Shown: piece by piece, positions 55,964-64,000 of the stretch
How positions within the stretch are numbered: position 1 is the stretch's first letter
Layout of the letters: each line of letters begins with the position of its first letter
Source: Octopus vulgaris
Taxonomy: Eukaryota
DNA: 64,000 nt
Assembly (NCBI GenBank): GCA_951406725.2
Contig: OX597823.1
Span: 57,660,001-57,724,000, forward strand
Direction of reading: 5' to 3'
Made by a program: the position numbers and the translations under genes
The notes under the pieces: generated by a model
The model's database searches: none
What the model was told of the DNA's origin: nothing
Seen by the model: only the letters and a program-made list of their open reading frames with translations

Positions 55964-56236
55964 CTTTTACTTGTTTCAGTCATGCTGGAACACCGTCTTT
56001 AGTCGAACAAATTGACAGCAGGACTTATTCTTTGTAAGCCTAGTACTTCTATCGGTCTATTTTGCCGAACCGCACCGCTAAGCAACGGGGACGTAAACAC
56101 ACCAATATCGGTTGTCAAGCTATGGTGTGTGTGTATGGGGGGGGGGGGGAAGATAGAAACACGCACACGCAGACACGCACACACATACACATAAGATGGG
56201 CTTCTTTCAGTTTCCATCTACCAAATCCACTCACAA
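55964..56236 (-). mobile_element. SINE family A 3' portion
   Basis: cttttacttgtttcagtcatgctgg..tttgccgaaccgc..cttctttcagtttccatctaccaaatccactcacaag. Confidence 0.85.
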
Positions 56237-56648
56237 GTTTTAAGTTACATGACGTGTTTTATAATTACGCCTGTTCAAGTATCATAATAGCATGAAACTA
56301 TTAGGTCTTTCGGTTGTGCATTTAATTTGACATATATATTTATATCTTTATGCGTGTATGTCTGAGTGTATGTGTATACATACACACACACACACACATA
56401 TATATTATGTGCGTACGTGTGTGTGAGTGTCTGTGTGTGTATGTATGTGTGTCTTTGTGTCCTTATTTGTCCCCAACCACCGCTAAGTCTCCGAACCAAA
56501 GAGGTTCGGCTTAGGAGACAAATAGGAAAAGCACCAATTTTTGAAAAGTAGTACTCAGGTCAGTTCATTGGATGCAAAAGATAAAAAAAATTCTCCAGCA
56601 TGGCCGCATTCTAGTGACTGAAACAAGTAAAAGATATATAAACAGAAA

Positions 56649-57068
56649 CAGGAGTGGCTGTGTGGTAAGTAGCTTGTTTACCAGCCACATGGTTCCGGGT
56701 TCAGTCCCACTGCGTGGCACCTTGGGCAAGTGTCTTCTACTATAGCCTCGGGCCGACCAAAGCCTTGTGAGTGGATTTGGTAGACGGAAACTGAAAGAAG
56801 CCCGTCGTATATATCTATATCTATATATATATATATATATGCGTGTGTGTGTTTGTGTGAGTGTGCTTGTCCCCCTAGCATTGCTTGACAACCGACGCTG
56901 GTGTGTTTATGTCCCTGTTACTTAGCGGTTCGGCAAAAGAGACCGATAGAATAAGTACTGGGCTTACAAAAGAATAAGTCCCGGGGTCGAGTTGCTCGAT
57001 TAAAGGCGGTGCTCCAGCATGGCCGCAGTCAAATGACTGAAACAAGTAAAAGAGTAAAAGAGTAAAAG
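56649..57068 (+). mobile_element. SINE family A, full length, young
   Basis: Complete head to (gtaaaaga)n tail. Confidence 0.95.
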
Positions 57069-57077
57069 GGTATAGAG

Positions 57078-57120
<43 letters not shown>

Positions 57121-57379
57121 CAGACAGACAGAGAAAATAAAGATGTATCGGGACTTTATTAACCGGCACAGAAGAATGAAAGTCAAGGCTGACATCGACA
57201 ATATTTGAACTCGAAAGGCGAATAACAGGAAAAAAATTGTCTCAAAGAATTTTCTCTCTGGCCCTAACCGTTAAGCCAACAAACTTCCTTATGTACACAC
57301 AATGCCATCATCACATTTGCTTGTCATCCTTAAATAGCATTGTTATCATTATCCAAGCAAATATACCGAACTCATTAGT

Positions 57380-58720
57380 ACATCTTACCATAACCACCAA
57401 TGCCACCATCACAACCGCCACCACCACCACCACCACTACCACCACCACTACCACCACTACCACCACCACCAGCACCACCAGCACCACCAGCACCAGCACC
57501 AGCGCCACCACCACCACGACCACCTCCACCACGACCACCACTACCACCACCATTACTCTGCCGCCACAACAGCAACTAACGTTCTGACTATACGTTGTCG
57601 GTACTTTTCATTAATGGTGTATTACCATCCACTTGCTATTTACATCTCAGGAAACACCTACAAACACAACGTTACACTCCAAGAAACCATTTCAACCAAC
57701 TACTGGAAACGCTACCTCCGAAATCACCAGAACCACTAACACTATTGTCACCGCCACCACCACCACCACAACCACCACCACCACAACCACCACCACCACC
57801 ACTACTCCGCCTCTGCCGCCGCCCACCATTACCACCACCATCAAAATCATCATCACCACCAGAACATAAAGCATTTTGAAAAAAGTCTATGACGACGATG
57901 ACTACCACCACCACCACCACCACCACCACCGCCGCCGCCACCACCACCACCACCACTACTACCACCACCACCACCGCTACCACCACCGCCACCACCACCA
58001 CCACTACTACTACCACCACCACCGCTACCACCATCGTCACTACCTGCGCCTTCACCACCACCATCGTCATCACCACCAGAACAAAAGCATTTTGACAACG
58101 ATGGCGATTACGACGATGACGGTGACGTCTCATCTCCACCACGTTTATTATCAACGTTTGCCATTCATTATACCAACGCTACCATTATTAAAATCCTCAC
58201 AATTATTCACACACACTCACACACAAACCACATCATTTCAACACACCATTATAGTTACCAACGTAAACATTAACACCAATCCCACCACTACTAACGCCAT
58301 TACAAACCACCACCACTACTACCACCAAACCTACCAATACCGCGACCAATACCTTTGTCACTGCCACCGCTGTCACCACTGCACCACCGCCAAGTCCAGT
58401 AGCATTAACATCACCACCACTGCTACCACCACCACCACCACCACCACTACAAGAACCAAAGCCATTATCTCTACCACTACCTGCACTACCACAACTAGTG
58501 CCATTAACGTCCCCATTGATACTACTACTAGAACCATCACCACCACCACCACCACCACAACCACCACCACCACAACCACCACCACCACAACCACCACCAC
58601 CACCACCACCACCACAAATACTTTCATGAACGGTGAAAATACTTTCACCGCAGCCACCACATCCACCACCCCTACCATTAACATCACCACTACCACTGCC
58701 GGCGCTATCTTTACCAACAA
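57380..58720. repeat. Degenerate (ACC/CAC)n low-complexity domain
   Basis: Strongly C/A-skewed triplet repeats; accounts for the poly-T/H/P ORFs. Confidence 0.9.
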
Positions 58721-59026
58721 TACCGACACGAAGCTAGCCTCCCGACTATATTATACCGATATCCATTTAGCCACCAATTGTCTTTGCCCACACAACATGC
58801 TAAAGCCTTATTCACACGCCCAGTTCCTCCAGCCCAGCCCTTAGTCGCCAGGAAGTCTATTTCGATCTTTTGGTCTTTGAGACACACGGAATGTGCCACT
58901 GTTGGGAGTGTTCAAAGAAACTTTTACTAATAGCAAAACACACTTTTCCTCTTTGCCTCGAATGATGTTTCCCCCGCAACCCACAAATAGAAGTAATTCT
59001 TGTTATTGTCTTCGAGACACAACTTA

Positions 59027-59217
<191 letters not shown>

Positions 59218-59224
59218 AAGATCT

Positions 59225-59550
59225 TTTCCTTCTGATGGACCGAATTTTCTAGTTAACTAAACAATTTGAAACTTCGTATACTGGTAGAATGTGTCAAAAG
59301 AAAACATTATTGTAAACAAAATTGAAAACAAAATTGTAATTTGTAAGTTTAACGTAGTTTAATTATTTGAATTTTAACCAACGTGTTAATGTTTGCGTAA
59401 GCGAGTCCAATGATGGAGACCTCTAGCGTAAGGAAATCCTATGATGGACACATGTTAATGTGTTTAAATGTGCGCTGTATTTTAGATAGATAATATATAG
59501 TCTATTGACTAATTTTTCTATACGCTAGGCCACTGGTAGTAAAAATTTCT
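59225..59550 (+). repeat. Unclassified interspersed repeat; 3' part is also present at 46540-46650
   Basis: aatcctatga.ggac/ta..atgtgtt.aaatgt.c.ctgtattt..ataatatatagtctatt.actaa.tttt.ta.acgctagg..actggtagtaa is shared by both sites. Confidence 0.7.
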
Positions 59551-59614
59551 AAAGTCTTTATTACCCTGATATATATATCACATTATATATATCTATATAT
59601 CTATATATGTATAT

Positions 59615-59690
<76 letters not shown>

Positions 59691-59773
59691 TCATACTCAA
59701 CGCATATATGTATGTATGTATGAATAACTGTAACAAGAAAATCATCTTCCATTAAAAATATATACATATATAT

Positions 59774-59852
<79 letters not shown>

Positions 59853-59854
<2 letters not shown>

Positions 59855-60102
59855 GAGGCGCGTGGCTTAGTGGCTAGGGTGTCAGCATCGTGTTCGTAAG
59901 ATTGTGGTTTCGATTCCTGGACCGGGCGACGCGTTGTGTTCTAGAGCAAAACACTTCATTTCACGTTGCTCCAGTCCACTCAGCAGACAAAAATGAGTAA
60001 CGCTGCGATGGACTGCCGTCCCGTCCAGCTGGGTAACACATGCGCCATTGAAACCGGGAAACCGAGCCCATGAGCCTGGCTAGGTTTTAAAAGGGCGCAT
60101 TT
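59853..60102 (+). mobile_element. SINE family C with V-SINE-like segment
   Basis: A box tggcttagtggctagg, B box ggtttcgattcc, ctgcgatggactgccgtcccgtccag. Confidence 0.82.
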
Positions 60103-60104
60103 AT

Positions 60105-60194
<90 letters not shown>

Positions 60195-60203
60195 AGCAAA
60201 AGC

Positions 60204-60460
60204 AAGGCGTGGCTGTGTGGTAAGAAGCTTCCTTCTTAACCACATAGTTTCGGGCTCAGTCCCATTGAACACATGTATATGTGTATGTGTTCGTATGTGT
60301 GTGTGTGTGTGTGTTTGTGTGAATGTGACTTTGTGTATGTGTTTATCCCTGCATCACCACTTGACAATCAGTGTTGGTGTGTTGATGAAATTGTTCGACT
60401 AAAATCCTTTAAAGTGGTGCTACAGCATAGCCGCAGTGAAATGACTGAAACAAATGAAGG
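60204..60460 (+). mobile_element. SINE family A with internal deletions
   Basis: gcgtggctgtgtggtaagaagc..cagcatagccgcagtgaaatgactgaaacaa. Confidence 0.75.
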
Positions 60461-60489
60461 AATTAGAAAAAAAAAACAGAATGAAAGAA

Positions 60490-60825
60490 TACCATTAGTA
60501 CTACCACCACAACCAACAGGATCACCATTACCACCATCATGATCATTACCACCACCACCACCACGACTCTGAACTGCATCGAAGACCCTACCATTCCCAA
60601 CATACCGTTTCTATCGCCAACGTCTACACCACTATCTTTCACTATCATCGTCATAACCAGCACCATCATAACTATAACCATCTCCACCACCCCCACCACT
60701 GCCGCCACCAACACCACCACCGCCGCCGCTGCCACCACCACGACGTTAGCTTGTCTTCCTAACCATCACGATCAACATGCCGTCACTACCAACATCATTA
60801 CTATAACCGACATGTATCAGCTGGT

Positions 60826-60861
<36 letters not shown>

Positions 60862-61091
60862 GTCATCGTCGTCGTCATCATCATCACCATCACCGTCGTC
60901 ATCATCATCATCATCATTGTCACCACTACCCACGCCGCTAGCAACACAATAACGCCATACCCACCCCATCACCGCCACCACTACCACCACAACCGCCACC
61001 ACTACCACCACAACCGCCACCACCACCACCACTATCACTATTACTACTACTACTACTACTTCTACTACTACTACTACAACTACTACTACTA

Positions 61092-61155
<64 letters not shown>

Positions 61156-61552
61156 CATCATCATCATCATCAGCAGCAGCAAGAACACCAATATCGCAAC
61201 CACCATCACCCAACACCACTTGCATCACTGCCATCACCATCATAACTAGTATCAATATCATTACTATCACCATTATCACCGTCACCACCTTGTACACCTT
61301 CGCCTTAACCACCACCACCACCATCTTACCCTTCACAACCATCAACACCACAACCACATCACCCATCCATCCACTACCGTTGTCATCACTATTACCACTG
61401 TGATCACCAGCAAGACCGACCACCACCACCACCACCAACACCATACCCGTCACCATTACCATCGTCCCGATCATCACCACCACCCTCATCACCTTCGTCA
61501 CCTTCCTCTCCACCATCACCAACCTCATCACATTCATCGCCATCATCACCAC

Positions 61553-61584
<32 letters not shown>

Positions 61585-61630
61585 CCACCATCACCACCAC
61601 CGTCATCATCATCATCATCCTCAGCATCAC

Positions 61631-61671
<41 letters not shown>

Positions 61672-61745
61672 CCACCACCACCACAAACGTCATCATCGTC
61701 GTCATCATCATCATCATCGTCATCGTCATCGTCATCATCAATAAT
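60490..61745. repeat. Degenerate (ACC)/(CAT)/(CTA) triplet domain
   Basis: Directly visible; accounts for the poly-M/V/D/H ORFs. Confidence 0.9.
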
Positions 61746-62265
61746 GCTATTTTGACCATTGTTTAATTGATCTACAACATATACTTGATCAAAGATGATT
61801 TTTCTATAAGAACAAACCAAAAACCAGAAACAATAATACTACAAAAACACATAAAAAAAAAAAGAAACAAAGAAACAAAGAAATAAAAATAACAGAAACA
61901 ATATAAATAAATAGAATCCAAGACCTCACCATTCACTTAGACATTTCTACACGACTTGTTAAATCATTAGACTGTGCAGTCATTAGGACTTAATAGGGGG
62001 AGATCGCAGTGTTTTATAGTAAATTAGTAAACCGACGATACCTCTTCATATTTATCCGTCACATCTACATAAGGAAAGAAAGAGCGGTAGAGAGCGCGAC
62101 AAAGGAAAACGATGAAGACATCGAAAGAAAAGAACAAGCGGGATTTTAGGCAGTAAAAAAAAGAAAAAAGAAGCGAAAGATCCTAATAGATTTTGTGTGT
62201 GATACGCTTGTAGAAAACAGGACGCTTTTCTTATATATATATACAGATTCTCTTTAGTTTATATG

Positions 62266-62327
<62 letters not shown>

Positions 62328-62689
62328 CGTTACTTTTACTATTTGCATTTTTCTAACAGAATAATCTAGAAAATAAACCCTTTTCATTCTTTCTTACCTA
62401 CCAATATTCAGCCGTTCCCCTTGAAAAGACTATAACGTAGAAAGAGGGACAGAGAGAGAGAGAGAGAAGAGGAGGAGGAGGCGAGATGAGGAAGGGGAAA
62501 TGAGGGGAGAGATACATGTCTTTGAAAGTATTTGTTTGAATCCCTAATTAATTCCTTATTTTGCCGTTATTGTTATTGCTATTATTATAATCATCATTAT
62601 CATTATTATTATTACTATTATTTTTATTATTATTATTATTGTTATTCAGATTAAGTGTCGGATAGTTTTATGAGTGATGGAGATATTTT

Positions 62690-62900
62690 TACGGTAACTT
62701 CTCAGGCGGACGTTTTTATTATCTTTTACCAAGGCGATTTTGTTAGCAGACGATAATAGGTGTTCACGCCGACGGAAGTGATACGGCTCTCGTACTCACT
62801 TCACACCGTTTTACAGTTTTGTAACAAGAGAACTAATTGATTTCCTGGACACCTTTAGTTTTTCTCTGCAACAATGGCGTCTTAAATCTAGCGGAAAACA
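62690..62900. promoter_or_regulatory. Possible promoter-like segment
   Basis: CpG-richer unique sequence with ETS-type CGGAAGTG (62773-80) and YY1-like AACAATGGCG (62870-79). Confidence 0.25.
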
Positions 62901-63504
62901 GCATCAACAACTACTACAACAACAACAATAAGCAGAACCACAATTACAACAACAATAGCAAGCAGTAATATCAGCGTCAGCAACATCGGCGATATCAGAA
63001 GTAAACATTAGAAGTAAAAGCATCAACATCATGCGCTGCAGAATCATCAACAGTATCAACAGTGTAGTTATAAGGTGACGGGATATTGTAATGGCGGCGG
63101 CAGTAGAGTAGAACTTAAAGCAATGTTTCAAAGGACGAGATTCTTTTGTTCCTGACTAAATGGCCATTTTGCTCGATAGAATAAGCTGTAGCTAAAAATC
63201 TCACACTGTACACAAACATTCCGAGCTGGTGAGGCCTGAACTAACAGACATTTTCCTCTCCTTCCACTTAAAATATATCTAAGGGAATTGTTTTTCAACA
63301 TCCTTTAGATAATTCTCTCAGTTTCTGGTTTGAAATAAGCATTTACCATTTTTACTAATTCCAAATGATGGTCAGTCAATATCCCTTGATCATTCTTACG
63401 GGTTTCCTTTGATCAAAGATACGGTTATGTCGTTAAAAAGGAATGTATTTTTTATGTATGTATGTATGCATGCATGCATGCATGCATGTATATATGTATG
63501 TGTG

Positions 63505-63592
<88 letters not shown>

Positions 63593-64000
63593 AATATATT
63601 TGTTAGATTAAAGAATGGCAGAAATAACAGAATTCGAAGTCGGAAAGTCACGTCCCGATACCGTTGGGGTTTTCCTTTGTCATTTGGTAAATCCTACCGG
63701 GAAAATAAAAATAAGTACAACGCAGGTACTTGAGTAGTTTTGTATATGATAAACTGTTCTCTACGAAAATTGGCCTAGATCTTTGTAAAAAAAAAATGAA
63801 AAATAAATATTTTGAATATCAAATGGTCATCTATGCTATGACTTCGCTATCTTCTCAATCGATGCTAAAAATATTTTTAATCAAAACAGCGAGTCCAACA
63901 AAAGGCGATTTATTTCGTTCGAGAACAAATCAGGGACTAAATAACCAAATAAATTGTTTTTGCTATTATAATTTCAAGAGCTGAAATTTTGGGAGAGGGA

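Noticed and set aside
57876-58844. 322-aa ORF, the longest in the track
   Set aside because: Low-complexity His/Thr product of ACC repeats, non-ATG start, overlapping ORFs in all frames, no domain.
60938-61820. 273-aa and 138-aa poly-M/V/D ORFs
   Set aside because: Triplet microsatellite artefacts.

Overview
AT-rich, repeat-saturated eukaryotic DNA with no intact protein-coding gene that I can support. The repeat families and the extreme (TA)n/(TG)n/(TATG)n/(TAA)n/(ACC)n load suggest an octopus (coleoid cephalopod) intron or intergenic region; this is inferred from repeat style, not from a database match. Contents: three tRNA-headed SINE families in about 35 copies (here called A, B, C); four decayed Tc1/mariner elements, one of them full length with TIRs; fragments of CR1-like, RTE, R4/Dong-like, Penelope and Gypsy retroelements; several hairpin or inverted duplications; and low-complexity trinucleotide tracts that explain almost all ORFs in the track. 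The most notable signal is a set of type I hammerhead ribozyme motifs with palindromic stem III. Three have intact cores (7867-7949 minus, 54369-54464 minus, 54665-54760 plus) and several more are degenerate. The two at 54 kb sit in a non-coding unit of about 454 bp that occurs as a tandem copy and as an inverted, circularly permuted copy, the architecture of a retrozyme or Penelope pseudo-LTR. Also notable: SINE A shares its 3' tail with a CR1-like LINE and keeps the hairpin with a different sequence, SINE B carries an expandable module of about 183 bp, SINE C copies swap modules, and an R4/Dong-like LINE end is embedded in TAA repeats.
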